Notes: generated from the sequence alone by a model not told the origin. A DNA stretch of 64,000 bases from an uncultured Ignavibacteria bacterium (GCA_937944105.1 CALDZP010000033.1:2034-66033), one strand, 5' to 3'. Shown: positions 10,828-21,589, counted from the stretch's first letter. Program-made: numbers and translations.

Positions 10828-11124
10828 ATGTCTAAAATAGAAAAGTTATTAAAAAAAATATGCAATCCTGCATATAAACAAAATATTAAAAAACAGGAGC
10901 TTGAAACTATTCTTAATCATTTTTTTGAAGATCAATGGACGTTCGGAGAAATATCGGGTTCTCATAATTATAGAATTTATCATCCTTACTTCAAAAATTT
11001 TCCACATAAATTTGGTCCGGAAGGTTTTATGACTATACCTGTGTCACAAGGTCAATACATAAAGCATTTTTATGTTAAAGTTCTTTGCCGTTATATAAAA
11101 ATCATAGAGGAGTTAGAAAAGTGA
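10828..11124 (+). CDS. hicA: HicA-like type II toxin (mRNA interferase fold)
   Basis: MSKIEKLL start, ELETIL, catalytic GSH, HP, TIP and the K-x-x-Y-V-K pattern typical of HicA; lies upstream of a HicB gene. Confidence 0.75.
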   Translation: MSKIEKLLKKICNPAYKQNIKKQELETILNHFFEDQWTFGEISGSHNYRIYHPYFKNFPHKFGPEGFMTIPVSQGQYIKHFYVKVLCRYIKIIEELEK

Positions 11125-11666
11125 AAAAAAATTTGGAATACTATTTGAAATTAAATTACCCGGTTGAAATAAATAAAATACCCGAAGAAGATGGTGGCGG
11201 ATATTCAGCATGTATTCCGGTTCTTGGAAGGCATGCCTTTATTGCAGATGGTGATACATTGGAAGAAGCAGTTAGGAATGTTCTTAATTTAAAGGATCAT
11301 TATATAAAAGAATTATATAAAAAGGGGATTCCTATTCCTGAACCTGAAACAACATATGATTTTGATGAAGCTAGTGGAAAATTTCTGGTTAGAATTCCAA
11401 AAGAGCTACATAGGCTTCTAATTAAGCGAGCTGAAGAAAATGGTGTAAGTTTAAACCAGTATGTTCTTTTTTTATTAACCAGGGCCTTTGAACAGGATAA
11501 AATCGAACATAAAATGCAAAGTTTTGTTGGAAAATTTGAAAATTTGTTTTATGATTTTATGGAGACGGAATATAACTTGAATTTAAAATTTGATAATACA
11601 ATTAAATTACTGGCTGATGTTCAAAAAGAAAATACTGCAAAATTAATTTATTATAAAGCGGGATAA
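11121..11666 (+). CDS. hicB: HicB-family antitoxin (partial RNase H-like + RHH domain) with 59-aa C-terminal extension
   Basis: LEYYLKLNYP...DGGGYSACIP...GDTLEEA...GIPIPEP...SGKFLVRIPKELHRLL...GVSLNQY. The GTG start at 11121 overlaps the toxin TGA, with SD GAGGAG. Confidence 0.88.
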   Translation: MKKNLEYYLKLNYPVEINKIPEEDGGGYSACIPVLGRHAFIADGDTLEEAVRNVLNLKDHYIKELYKKGIPIPEPETTYDFDEASGKFLVRIPKELHRLLIKRAEENGVSLNQYVLFLLTRAFEQDKIEHKMQSFVGKFENLFYDFMETEYNLNLKFDNTIKLLADVQKENTAKLIYYKAG

Positions 11667-11668
11667 AC

Positions 11669-12103
11669 ATGAATCTAAACAAAGTAAAAATTAGCTCAGA
11701 AGAATATCAAAAAATTTTAACGGGTCTAGATTTAATTAGCATTTCATTAAAGGAAGCAAAATGTTATTTAACTTCAGACATCAAATTTCCAGGTGAATTA
11801 AATATAGAAATTAATTCAGATGAAAAGCTTAGAATTGTTAAAGAAGAGCAAGTTCAAATTATTCAAAAGTATTCTCTTGATGCACGAAAAAGAAATACTA
11901 AGTCGCGTTTTTTGCAAATTGATTTAACTCTCATGGTAACCCTCAAATCAAAGGAAAAATTCACAGAGGAATTTTTTAATGTTTATAAGGAAGTGAGCCT
12001 CAAACTAAATACCTGGCCTTATTTTAGAGAATTTGTAAATAATATTACATTAAGAATGAATATTCCCCCTTTAACTATTCCATTATTTAAAGTTAAAGTT
12101 TAA
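11669..12103 (+). CDS. SecB-like chaperone
   Basis: 144 aa with the C-terminal SecB-type signature WPYFREFVNNITLRMNIPPLTIPL; starts 2 bp after the hicB stop. Confidence 0.8.
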   Translation: MNLNKVKISSEEYQKILTGLDLISISLKEAKCYLTSDIKFPGELNIEINSDEKLRIVKEEQVQIIQKYSLDARKRNTKSRFLQIDLTLMVTLKSKEKFTEEFFNVYKEVSLKLNTWPYFREFVNNITLRMNIPPLTIPLFKVKV

Positions 12104-12106
12104 TTA

Positions 12107-12838
12107 TCACTTTATCTCAAACGATACATTTACGACTGCTGTAATTTCTTTCTCAATTGAGGATAAATCATTTATACCATAATCCGAAATCATATTAGAA
12201 AACTTTGGAGTAATTTGAAGAACTCCCATTCTAGCATTTCTAAGATTACCAAGTTTACTTCCAGTCGATTCTGCAATTTTTTTTGCTCTCATCATTGCAT
12301 CTTTTGCGGCTTCCGCTTGAATTTCTATTTTAAGTTCGCCAAGTTTTGTATAGTGATATTCTGGTGTAACCTGTTGTATATTTACACCTTCTTCGACAAG
12401 CTTCATAATCTCCATAGAAATCTTTTTTATTAAATCCACTTCTTTTGATAAGATATTGAAGTTTTGAGAATATGTATAAGCAATTACTTTATTTGTTTGA
12501 TAACCAGCTGAATTTATTTCGAAGATTGGCATTATAGTAGGAGAGAACTCTTCTAATGAATCTATACTTATACCGTATTTCAAGACAAAGTTCTTTAACT
12601 TAGGAATTTGATTGACCAATAAACGAAATGCTTCTTGTTGTGTATTGGCACTTGATGTTAATGTAACCTTTAATATACCAAGGTCGGAGACAATCAATTT
12701 TCTAGCTGAGCCGGTTACTGTAATGGTTTGATTACTTCTGGTATGATTACGCCATGTTTCACTTATGAGTAAAATTCCAAGTATGAAAAAAATCGATAAA
12801 ATTAATGATGGGACTATGTATTTGTTATCTGAAAACAT
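12107..12838 (-). CDS. SIMPL (DUF541) domain protein
   Basis: TITVTGSA, AAKDAMMRAKKIAESTG and LRNARMGVLQIT motifs. Confidence 0.85.
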   Translation of the reverse strand: MFSDNKYIVPSLILSIFFILGILLISETWRNHTRSNQTITVTGSARKLIVSDLGILKVTLTSSANTQQEAFRLLVNQIPKLKNFVLKYGISIDSLEEFSPTIMPIFEINSAGYQTNKVIAYTYSQNFNILSKEVDLIKKISMEIMKLVEEGVNIQQVTPEYHYTKLGELKIEIQAEAAKDAMMRAKKIAESTGSKLGNLRNARMGVLQITPKFSNMISDYGINDLSSIEKEITAVVNVSFEIK

Positions 12839-12977
12839 TATGGTCTCCTTTTTTCTTCAACTTATATGATAAATTTTTTAAGTTCAAATTTATCGGGTTT
12901 AAGTGTATAAGCCTAAAAGAGTTTGTTCTGGATTGATTAGAAAGAATCAAATATTTTAGAAGAAAATGGATTAAGAA

Positions 12978-14414
12978 ATGATATCAAAAATTAACATAAC
13001 AACCAAAAGAGCACTAGCGCTCGATGCTTTGAGAGGCTTTGCAATTCTCACAATGATTTTATCCGGGCAAATTCCATTTCATACAAATACATTACCTGCA
13101 TGGATGTATCATGCTCAAGTTCCACCTCCAGAACATAAATGGATTCCAACACTACCAGGTATTACCTGGGTTGATCTTGTTTTCCCATTTTTTCTCTTTG
13201 CGATGGGCGCTGCTTTTCCACTTGCAATTTCAAGAAGGTTGGAAGAAGGAATTCCAAAATGGAAAATTTATTTATCCATATTTGAAAGAGGAATTTTACT
13301 TGGTTTTTTTGCTCTTTATGTTCAGGCAATTAGACCGTTTGTAATTAGTAAAAATCCAACGGCTGAAACATTTTTAATTTCATTAATAGCTTTTTTAATT
13401 CTTTTCCCGATTTATTCACGGTTGCCCAATAAATGGAATTTTTGGATAAAGATTCTTCTTAGATTTGTTGGCTGGTTTTCCGCAATTTTTTTGCTTTCTA
13501 ATTTGAAATATCCAGATGGTTCAGGTTTTTCATTATATAGAAGTGACATTATAATTGTTGTCTTAACAAATATGGCTGTTTTTGGTTCAATAGTCTGGCT
13601 TCTCACTCGAAATAACTTACTCGTAAGACTGGGTTTACTTGGCATTTTACTTGCCGTTAGACTCTCCAACATGCCAGTTCAAATTGAAAGTTGGGTAGCT
13701 TATATATGGAATTATTCACCTGCACCATGGATTTACAAACTTTATTATCTTCAATATTTATTTATTGTTATTCCAGGAACAATTGCGGGTGATATTTTAC
13801 TTAAATGGATAAATTCAAAAAATCAGATTGAAGAATCGAGCTGGTCAAAATTTAATTATTTCTTTATTGCATTTCTCATGTTCTTTTTTGTTTTTGAATT
13901 ATTGGTTGGATTATTTAATAGGTGGCTGATTGAGACAACGATTTTGACATTCGTACTTTTGATCCTCACTTATTTTCTATTGAACAAACCTCTCAATCAA
14001 GTTGAACAATTGTATAGAGAACTTTTTCTGTGGGCAATGTATTGGCTTATACTTGGATTATTTTTCGAGCCATTTGAGGGTGGAATTAAAAAGGATAAGG
14101 CGACTTTAAGTTATTATTTTATTACGTCAGGGCTTGCAATATGCACTTTAATATTTTTCTCAATTATTATTGATGTATTTAAAAAACAAAAATTCATAAA
14201 GCTATTGATTGAAAATGGTCAAAATCCAATGATTGCATATGCAGGTGTTAATAACTTTATTATTCCTGTGCTTTATTTAACCGGGTTAATGAGTTTGTTA
14301 AATTCAATGGCAATTACTCCGTGGTTAGGATTTTTAAAGGGTTTAATAATTACATTTTTGCTATCTCTATTTGTAAGTCTATGTACTCGTTTGAAAATAT
14401 TCTGGAGAACATAA
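12978..14414 (+). CDS. DUF5009 / heparan-alpha-glucosaminide N-acetyltransferase-like membrane protein
   Basis: RALALDALRG, ITWVDLVFPFFLFAMG, EGGIKKD; many TM helices. Confidence 0.8.
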   Translation: MISKINITTKRALALDALRGFAILTMILSGQIPFHTNTLPAWMYHAQVPPPEHKWIPTLPGITWVDLVFPFFLFAMGAAFPLAISRRLEEGIPKWKIYLSIFERGILLGFFALYVQAIRPFVISKNPTAETFLISLIAFLILFPIYSRLPNKWNFWIKILLRFVGWFSAIFLLSNLKYPDGSGFSLYRSDIIIVVLTNMAVFGSIVWLLTRNNLLVRLGLLGILLAVRLSNMPVQIESWVAYIWNYSPAPWIYKLYYLQYLFIVIPGTIAGDILLKWINSKNQIEESSWSKFNYFFIAFLMFFFVFELLVGLFNRWLIETTILTFVLLILTYFLLNKPLNQVEQLYRELFLWAMYWLILGLFFEPFEGGIKKDKATLSYYFITSGLAICTLIFFSIIIDVFKKQKFIKLLIENGQNPMIAYAGVNNFIIPVLYLTGLMSLLNSMAITPWLGFLKGLIITFLLSLFVSLCTRLKIFWRT

Positions 14415-14507
14415 AATCACGATTTTTAGAATTTAATGAAAGTTTGTTTTTAGCATAAATATGAGTATTATGAAAAAAGTTCTAAACTAATTAAAGGAGT
14501 TATTTGT

Positions 14508-14990
14508 ATGCCTATTGGCTTAAATAAAGTTGTAACTATTCATTATACATTAAAAGATGAAAGTGGTAATTTGTTGGATTCAACTCTGGGTTCTCAACCA
14601 TTTTCTTACTTGACTGGTCATGATCAAATCATTCCAAAGCTGGAGGAAGAAATCGATACTATGTTAATTGGTGGTAAGAAAAATATTTTGATTTCTGCTG
14701 ACGAAGCTTATGGAGAATATCGTGATGATCTTGTTCATAGTGTAAAGAAAAGTAATTTTCCGGATGATGTTGATTTGGAGATTGGAATGCAATTTGTTAC
14801 TAATGCTCCAGATGGTACTCAAATGCCTTTTGTGATTAAATCTATTGATGGAGATGATGTAACAATAGATTTCAATCATCCTCTTGCAGGTAAAAACCTG
14901 GACTTTGAGATTGAGTTGATCGATGTTCGTGATGCAACAGATGAAGAACTGGCTCACGGACATATTCATGGTCCAAACAGCCATCACTGA
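14508..14990 (+). CDS. slyD: FKBP-type peptidyl-prolyl isomerase SlyD
   Basis: DFNHPLAGKNL, RDATDEELAHGHIH and a His-containing tail. Confidence 0.93.
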   Translation: MPIGLNKVVTIHYTLKDESGNLLDSTLGSQPFSYLTGHDQIIPKLEEEIDTMLIGGKKNILISADEAYGEYRDDLVHSVKKSNFPDDVDLEIGMQFVTNAPDGTQMPFVIKSIDGDDVTIDFNHPLAGKNLDFEIELIDVRDATDEELAHGHIHGPNSHH

Positions 14991-14995
14991 AAATT

Positions 14996-15026
14996 TTAAG
15001 CTGCAGCTTATTTGGTTGCAGCTTAA
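14996..15026 (+). terminator. Hairpin after slyD
   Basis: TTAAGCTGCAGC...GTTGCAGCTTAA. Confidence 0.6.
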
Positions 15027-15084
15027 TTCATACCTTTGGTGTAATTTTAATTAAAATTAATTCAAAAAATCTGGTGTATTTATA

Positions 15085-16014
15085 ATGAATACAGATAACC
15101 TCAGTAATAATTTTAAGTTTGACGAAAATTTTAAAGCTGGATATGTTACGATTTTTGGTGAACCAAACGTTGGCAAATCAACTTTGATGAACGCAATTCT
15201 TAATACAAAACTTTCCATTACAACTCCAAAGCCTCAAACAACAAGAAGAAAAATTCTGGGTATTTATTCAGATAATGAAGCACAAATAGTATTTTTAGAT
15301 ACACCCGGTTTAATTGAACCTAAATATCTTCTTCAAGAAAAAATGGTGGAAGCTATTCATAATGCACTAAATGAGTGTGATTTGATACTGACAGTTGTTG
15401 ATGTATATGAAAGAACTTTAAAAAATTTAGATTCGAAATTAGTTCCAATTCTGTTACCTTTTAGTGGTAAAAAGAGAATCTTCCTAATTATTAATAAAAT
15501 TGATTTGATCACGAAGGAAAATCTTTTACAAATAATTGATTCAATTAAGGAAAAGTTTAAGTTTGATGAGATAGTTCCTTTAAGTGCATTACATCAATTT
15601 AATGTTCAAGAACTTATAAACACAATAAAAAAGTACTTACCAATTCATCCACCTTATTATCCAACAGATATTTTAAGCCAGGAGCCAGTTCGATTTTTTA
15701 TTGGTGAGATCATTCGTGAAAAGATTTTTGAGGCTTATCAAGATGAAATTCCATATTCAACGGAAGTTGTTGTTGTAGAATACAAAGAAAGGGAAAAAGG
15801 TAAAGATTACATAAATGCCGAGATTTATGTAGAAAGAGAATCTCAGAAAAAAATTATTATTGGGAAGGATGGGTTAGCTTTAAAAAGAATTGGTGAAAAA
15901 GCGAGAAAGGATATCGAAAATTTTATTGGTAAAGGAGTTTATCTGGAGCTTTATGTTAAAGTTAGAGAAAATTGGAGAGACAATCCTCGCTGGATGAAAT
16001 CTTTCGGTTATTAA
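15085..16014 (+). CDS. era: GTPase Era
   Basis: GEPNVGKST, PQTTR, DTPG, NKID, and KH domain IIIGKDG. Confidence 0.97.
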   Translation: MNTDNLSNNFKFDENFKAGYVTIFGEPNVGKSTLMNAILNTKLSITTPKPQTTRRKILGIYSDNEAQIVFLDTPGLIEPKYLLQEKMVEAIHNALNECDLILTVVDVYERTLKNLDSKLVPILLPFSGKKRIFLIINKIDLITKENLLQIIDSIKEKFKFDEIVPLSALHQFNVQELINTIKKYLPIHPPYYPTDILSQEPVRFFIGEIIREKIFEAYQDEIPYSTEVVVVEYKEREKGKDYINAEIYVERESQKKIIIGKDGLALKRIGEKARKDIENFIGKGVYLELYVKVRENWRDNPRWMKSFGY

Positions 16015-16038
16015 AATTTTAGGATAAATTTCTGTTAC

Positions 16039-16959
16039 ATGCGATTAAAAGCTGAATTGATTCTGTTCCTGATTACTTTTATTTGGGCTGGGACCTTTGT
16101 TATAATTAAACCAACATTAAGTTTTATTTCACCACTCCTTTTTGTAACCATTAGATTTTTGATTGCAACTATAGTTCTGAGTTTAATTTATAACAAAGAA
16201 CTATTAAGAATTCCTAAGCTAACCTTTAAAATGGGAACAATACTTGGTATATTCCTTTTTATAGGATTTGTTGTTCAAACTATAGGATTGAAATATACAA
16301 CCGCAACTAAATCTGCATTAATAACAGGAACATTTGTCGTTTTTACTCCTATTTTACAGGTATTTGTCGAGAGGAAACCATTAAAAACAGGAAATTTAAT
16401 CGGAGTGATACTGGTATTTACTGGGTTAATTTTTCTTTCTTCTCAACAGAATAATTTGTGGGATTTATTTATTTCAATTGGAAGTGATTTTAATATTGGT
16501 GATTTACTAACTTTAATTTGTGCTATTTTCTTTGCAGGGTATATTGTTTACCTTGATATAATCTCTGATAAAGCTGATTTTAATCATATTGTTTGGATTC
16601 AAATTTTTATCACATTAATTGGCTCTTTTATGTTAATGTTAACATTCCATACACTCGAAATTGAAAATGTTTATTTACAGATAAATGGACAGGTGATATT
16701 TACGGTTATTTATACATCGATCTTTGCAACTATTGTAACTACATTTCTTCAAACTAAATATCAGAAATACACCACTCCAACTCGTGCTGCCATAATATTT
16801 ACATCTGAACCACTTCTTGCTTCAATTTTGGCTTACTTAATTTTGAATGAAACAATTGGTATTTTTGGATTGATCGGAGGAATGTTAATAATCTCTGGAG
16901 TTCTTGCTTCTGAATTGTTTGATATTGTATTTTTATCGGGAGTTAAAAATGAAAATTAA
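16039..16959 (+). CDS. DMT/EamA family transporter
   Basis: About 10 TM helices in two EamA repeats; EP motif. Confidence 0.88.
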   Translation: MRLKAELILFLITFIWAGTFVIIKPTLSFISPLLFVTIRFLIATIVLSLIYNKELLRIPKLTFKMGTILGIFLFIGFVVQTIGLKYTTATKSALITGTFVVFTPILQVFVERKPLKTGNLIGVILVFTGLIFLSSQQNNLWDLFISIGSDFNIGDLLTLICAIFFAGYIVYLDIISDKADFNHIVWIQIFITLIGSFMLMLTFHTLEIENVYLQINGQVIFTVIYTSIFATIVTTFLQTKYQKYTTPTRAAIIFTSEPLLASILAYLILNETIGIFGLIGGMLIISGVLASELFDIVFLSGVKNEN

Positions 16960-17428
16960 TTCTTTTATTGTGATATCTCTAATTTTTATATTAATTGCAT
17001 GCCAGGAAAAAACTGAAGTAAATGTAGAATTTGAAAAGGACGAAGTTATTCAATTTTTAAGAGATTATACCTCGTACATAAATAAAAATTCGGTACAAGG
17101 TTTTGAAAATTACTGGCAAAAATCTGCTAATGTTTCATATATTCCACTTGAAAGAGATTCAGCAATTATTGGATACGATAATATTAGAGAATATCTAAAT
17201 AATCATTTTAGTGAAATAACTAATATTGAATATTCAACATGGAATACTGATGTCTGGATCAATCCTACGAAAAGCGAAGCGGTTTTAATTTTTCTCTCTT
17301 CGAAAAATATTCAATTAAAGAACGGATTTAAATTAAATTTCTCTCCAATTCGTAATTCTGCAACACTAAGTAAATTTGAAGGAAAATGGAAACTAATTAA
17401 TCTTCATGAATCAGTAAGACAAAAATGA
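16949..17428 (+). CDS. NTF2/SnoaL-like putative lipoprotein
   Basis: Lipobox LIAC; C-terminal GKWKLINLHES. Start placed at ATG 16949 after GGGAG. Confidence 0.7.
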   Translation: MKINSFIVISLIFILIACQEKTEVNVEFEKDEVIQFLRDYTSYINKNSVQGFENYWQKSANVSYIPLERDSAIIGYDNIREYLNNHFSEITNIEYSTWNTDVWINPTKSEAVLIFLSSKNIQLKNGFKLNFSPIRNSATLSKFEGKWKLINLHESVRQK

Positions 17429-17697
17429 GAGCTCACATTATAGTAAATGGTCTGGTTCAAGGAGTTGGCTTTAGATATTTTATTTATCGAAAAGCCGTAG
17501 AACTTGACCTACGAGGATTTGTAAGAAATTTATATAATGGTGATGTTGAGATTGTTGTAGAAGGTGATAGAGATAAAATACAAATATTGATTGAGCACGC
17601 TAAAATTGGTCCACGCTCAGCGTTTGTTAAGGATGTTAAAATAGATTGGGAAGAGGATAAAAATGAATTTAGTGATTTCAGAATCAAAGGTTGGTAA
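17425..17697 (+). CDS. acyP: Acylphosphatase
   Basis: GLVQGVGFR and GFVRNLYNGDVE. Confidence 0.93.
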   Translation: MRAHIIVNGLVQGVGFRYFIYRKAVELDLRGFVRNLYNGDVEIVVEGDRDKIQILIEHAKIGPRSAFVKDVKIDWEEDKNEFSDFRIKGW

Positions 17698-17804
17698 TAA
17701 GTAATCTGAGATTAAATGTGTTTCCAGGAAGTGGTAAAATAGACTTAACTGGTCGTAAGTAAAAGATTAATGAATGACTTTTAGAAAAAATAAATTTTTA
17801 ATTT

Positions 17805-18311
17805 ATGAATTCAGAGGTTTTGACAAGTCGGATAGGAATTGGTTTTGACGTACATAAATTTTCTCAGGGAAGAAAATTAATTCTTGGAGGAGTCGAAATC
17901 CCTTCAGAAAAAGGTCTTGAAGGGCATTCCGATGCGGATGTTTTACTCCATGCAATATGTGATGCTCTTTTAGGTGCTGCTGCTCTTGGGGATATTGGTA
18001 AACATTTCCCTAATACTGATGAGAGATTTAGAAATATTTCAAGTCTTATTTTGCTTGAAAAAACAAATGAACTTCTATGTCAGAGTAATTTTTTTATTGG
18101 AAATATTGATGTTACAGTTATTGCCGAAAAGCCCAAACTTTTACCATACATAGATGAAATGAAAATGGCAATTTCAAGAATTCTAAAGATAAATCTCTCT
18201 CAGATTTCTATAAAAGCAACAACAAGCGAAAAGCTCGGCTTCACTGGCAGAGAAGAAGGAATTGCTGCCATGGCTGTTGCGTTAATCTTTAAAAAAGATT
18301 CTGTTGATTAA
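17805..18311 (+). CDS. ispF: 2-C-methyl-D-erythritol 2,4-cyclodiphosphate synthase
   Basis: RIGIGFDVH, GHSDADVLLHA, KATTSEKLGFTGREEG. Confidence 0.97.
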   Translation: MNSEVLTSRIGIGFDVHKFSQGRKLILGGVEIPSEKGLEGHSDADVLLHAICDALLGAAALGDIGKHFPNTDERFRNISSLILLEKTNELLCQSNFFIGNIDVTVIAEKPKLLPYIDEMKMAISRILKINLSQISIKATTSEKLGFTGREEGIAAMAVALIFKKDSVD

Positions 18312-18931
18312 TGGTTGAAGAAATAATTTCATATCTTAAATACATTGATCCAGTTTTAATTTATCTTGCTGTTTTTGGAATTGCTTTTATTGAAAATATT
18401 TTTCCGCCTTTTCCAAGTGATGTAATTGTGGCATTTAGTGGTGCTCTCGCTGCAGTTACAGAAATTTCTTTGCCATTAGTTATAATTTTTGCTGTTAGTG
18501 GAAGTACAACTGGTTTTATTGTGATGTATTTTATCGGGAAAATTGCCGGTGATAAAATTTTAGAAACTGGAAAAATTAAATTTATCTCGCCTGATTCAGT
18601 TTTTAAGATTGAAAACTGGTTCAGAAAGTATGGTTATTGGTTAATTGTTGCAAATAGATTCCTCGCTGGGACTCGTGCAATTATTTCCTTTTTTGCTGGA
18701 ATGAGTGAGTTGAATTTAAGGAAAACAATTTTATTATCTGCAGTTAGTGCATTGATCTGGAATTTGATTTTAATTTTTATAGGTTTTTATGTTGGTCATA
18801 ATTTGAATAAAATAAGTGAATTTATCACAACATATAATAAGATTGTTCTTGGTATAATCGTTTTAGTATCTATCATATACATTTTTAAAATATTATCCAA
18901 AAAGAATGATAAAAATCGAAAACAAATCTGA
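18311..18931 (+). CDS. DedA family membrane protein
   Basis: ENIFPPFPSD and RFLAGTR motifs. Confidence 0.9.
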   Translation: MVEEIISYLKYIDPVLIYLAVFGIAFIENIFPPFPSDVIVAFSGALAAVTEISLPLVIIFAVSGSTTGFIVMYFIGKIAGDKILETGKIKFISPDSVFKIENWFRKYGYWLIVANRFLAGTRAIISFFAGMSELNLRKTILLSAVSALIWNLILIFIGFYVGHNLNKISEFITTYNKIVLGIIVLVSIIYIFKILSKKNDKNRKQI

Positions 18932-20537
18932 TTTTATTAAAAATTTATTTCTCTCATTTCTCAGTGGCATTATTCTCTCTTTAAGTTTTCCACCATTTCA
19001 AACAGGTTTTTTCTCTTTTTTCGGTCTTGTTCCGATTTTAATCTTTGTCAATCGCGCAAAAAATTATCGTGAACTTTTAATTTTTACGTATCTGAGTATG
19101 CTTATCTTTCATGCTTTCACTCTTTATTGGATTGGTGGTTGGACTTCAAAGACGGATCCCTTTATGATGATAGGTTCGGTTGCATTGATTTTAATTCATC
19201 CTGTTTTTTACTGGTTGCCGTTTATATTTTTTTTCATGATTAAAAAATATATCGGAGAAAAAACAGCATTGTTTTCGTTTCCATTTTTATGGAATTCACT
19301 TGAATATTTACGCTCGGTGGATGAAACAGCATTTCCCTGGCTTACACTTGGCAATTCACAATCTTATTATTTACCAATAATTCAAATAACCTCTATAATT
19401 GGTGTTTATGGACTTTCTTTTTTAATAGTGGTTTTTAATGTCCTTCTTTTTGTTGCTTATAAGAATTTTCGTTATGAAAGTTTTCGCTTCTCGTTAAATA
19501 AACTGGCAATTATTATAATTATATTAACTTCACTTTTTATTTATGGTAAAGTAATTTTAAATGATGCAATCTATGATGGGAAAAGATTAAGAGTTGGAAT
19601 TATTCAACCGGATTTTGATCCATGGGAAAAATGGGAAGATGATGTTAATTCACAACTTGATATTTATCTTCAACTTTCTGATAGTGCTGTTCAAAAAGGA
19701 GCAGAGTTAATTGTCTGGCCTGAAAGTGCCCTGCCTGTTTATCTCTTAAGTGGTAATTACCCTGAAGAAGTTAATCGAATTAAAAGTTTTTGTCGAGTAA
19801 ATAATATCGCAATTCTTACGGGATTGCCAATTGTTCATTTTTATTTTTCCAAAGATCAAATAAAAGGAGATAGTAAAATCTCGAAAGATTCTTCTTATTA
19901 TTATGACACTTACAACGGTGTTGTTCTTTTTCTTTCAGATTCAGATTTAATACAAGAATATGGTAAGATGAATCTTGTGCCATTTGCTGAGCGAGCTCCT
20001 TATTTACGATATCTTCCTTTTCTTGGGGATGTTATTAAATGGAGTGTTGGAATAAGTAACTGGAGTGTTTGGGATAAACAAACGATTTTTTATTTGAAAA
20101 CGAGAGATGGAGATTCAGTAAAATTTTCAGCAGCAGTTTGTTACGAGTCTATCTTCCCATCATTTAATTCTGAGTTTGTAAAAAATGGTGCACAATTTTT
20201 AGTAGTTGTTACAAATGATAGCTGGTATGGTAAAACTTCCGGACCATATCAACATAAACAATATTCAGTGTTTCGTGCTGTTGAAAACAGAAGATGGATT
20301 GTAAGATCAGCTAATGGTGGTATTAGTTGTGTTATTGATCCTTTTGGTAAAACTATTTTTCAAACAAATCTTTTTGAACGGACATATTTTGTTGAAGATA
20401 TTTACTTAAATAATGAACAAACCTATTATAGTCAATATCGAGACTTAATAAGTTATATTTCGTTAATTATTTCTGCCACTTTGATATCAATATCAATTAT
20501 TAAAAAATTTGGAGTCAGAAAAAATGAGAGTAATTGA
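18906..20537 (+). CDS. lnt: Apolipoprotein N-acyltransferase
   Basis: TM domain plus nitrilase fold with [26 protein letters not shown]. Confidence 0.93.
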   Translation: MIKIENKSDFIKNLFLSFLSGIILSLSFPPFQTGFFSFFGLVPILIFVNRAKNYRELLIFTYLSMLIFHAFTLYWIGGWTSKTDPFMMIGSVALILIHPVFYWLPFIFFFMIKKYIGEKTALFSFPFLWNSLEYLRSVDETAFPWLTLGNSQSYYLPIIQITSIIGVYGLSFLIVVFNVLLFVAYKNFRYESFRFSLNKLAIIIIILTSLFIYGKVILNDAIYDGKRLRVGIIQPDFDPWEKWEDDVNSQLDIYLQLSDSAVQKGAELIVWPESALPVYLLSGNYPEEVNRIKSFCRVNNIAILTGLPIVHFYFSKDQIKGDSKISKDSSYYYDTYNGVVLFLSDSDLIQEYGKMNLVPFAERAPYLRYLPFLGDVIKWSVGISNWSVWDKQTIFYLKTRDGDSVKFSAAVCYESIFPSFNSEFVKNGAQFLVVVTNDSWYGKTSGPYQHKQYSVFRAVENRRWIVRSANGGISCVIDPFGKTIFQTNLFERTYFVEDIYLNNEQTYYSQYRDLISYISLIISATLISISIIKKFGVRKNESN

Positions 20538-21564
20538 TCTAAGAAGTGATACTGTTACAAAACCTTCAAAAGAGATGCGTGAATTTATGATGTCAGCTGA
20601 AGTGGGAGATGATGTTTTTGGTGAAGATCCAACTGTAAATAAACTTCAGGAGAAGGTTGCTGAATTACTAGGAAAGGAAGCTGCTCTTTTTGTACCAAGC
20701 GGAACTATGGGTAATCAACTCTGTATTAAAGCTCATACTCAACCATGGGATGAATTGATCTGTGATAAAGATGCTCATATTTATAATTATGAATCAGGTT
20801 CTATCGCTGGACTATCACATGTTCAGGTTATTCCTGTAAATGGCAAGAATGGAGTTTTTACTGCAGAACAGGTTGAAGAAGTAATTAGACCAGAAGCTTA
20901 TTACTTACCAAAAACTAAATTGGTTTGTATTGAGAATACTCATAATCGTGGTGGTGGTTCAATATTCCCGATCGATGAAATTAAGAGAATAAAAAATATC
21001 GTGGATAAATATGGTCTTAAATTTCATTTAGACGGCGCAAGATTATGGAATGCCTCGGTTGCAACTGGAATTAGTATGAGTGAATATGCAAAGTATTTTG
21101 ACTCTGTTTCTGTTTGTTTATCAAAAGGTCTTGGAGCTCCTGTTGGATCTGTTATTGCTGGAACAAAAGAATTTATAAAACTTGCACATCGATACAGAAA
21201 AGCATGGGGCGGAGGTATGCGTCAGGCTGGTATTTTAGCTGCTGCTGGTTTGTTTGCAATTGAAAATAATTTTAATAGATTGGCTGAAGATCATCGAAGA
21301 GCAAAATATTTTGCTAATGAAATATCAAAAATTTCTAGAATTAAACTTGATCCTGATAAAGTTCAAACAAACATTATTTTATTCGAAGTTGATGGATTAA
21401 CTGCTCAGGAAGTTTGTCAAATTGTAAAAGATCCATCAAAAACAGGTTCATCTTTGCTTCTTTCAGTCGGTAAAAAATATTTAGTTCGTGCTGTGACTCA
21501 TATTGATGTCAATGATAATGATATTGAAGAAGCAGTTAAAATTTTAAAAACATATTTCAATTAA
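20524..21564 (+). CDS. ltaE: Low-specificity L-threonine aldolase
   Basis: [33 protein letters not shown] (PLP Lys). Confidence 0.93.
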   Translation: MRVIDLRSDTVTKPSKEMREFMMSAEVGDDVFGEDPTVNKLQEKVAELLGKEAALFVPSGTMGNQLCIKAHTQPWDELICDKDAHIYNYESGSIAGLSHVQVIPVNGKNGVFTAEQVEEVIRPEAYYLPKTKLVCIENTHNRGGGSIFPIDEIKRIKNIVDKYGLKFHLDGARLWNASVATGISMSEYAKYFDSVSVCLSKGLGAPVGSVIAGTKEFIKLAHRYRKAWGGGMRQAGILAAAGLFAIENNFNRLAEDHRRAKYFANEISKISRIKLDPDKVQTNIILFEVDGLTAQEVCQIVKDPSKTGSSLLLSVGKKYLVRAVTHIDVNDNDIEEAVKILKTYFN

Positions 21565-21589
21565 TCAACAAATTAAAAAAAGAGTTAAT

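Noticed and set aside
11085-11120. TTG start for hicB at 11085
   Set aside because: GTG at 11121 has an SD, overlaps the toxin stop, and matches the usual HicB N-terminus.
10773-12106. Prophage, IS or integron cassette context for the TAC operon
   Set aside because: No integrase, transposase, att/attC-like site or target duplication is visible at either boundary.
17698-17804. Possible tRNA or sRNA in the acylphosphatase-ispF gap
   Set aside because: No cloverleaf, no T-loop GTTCRA and no convincing stem.
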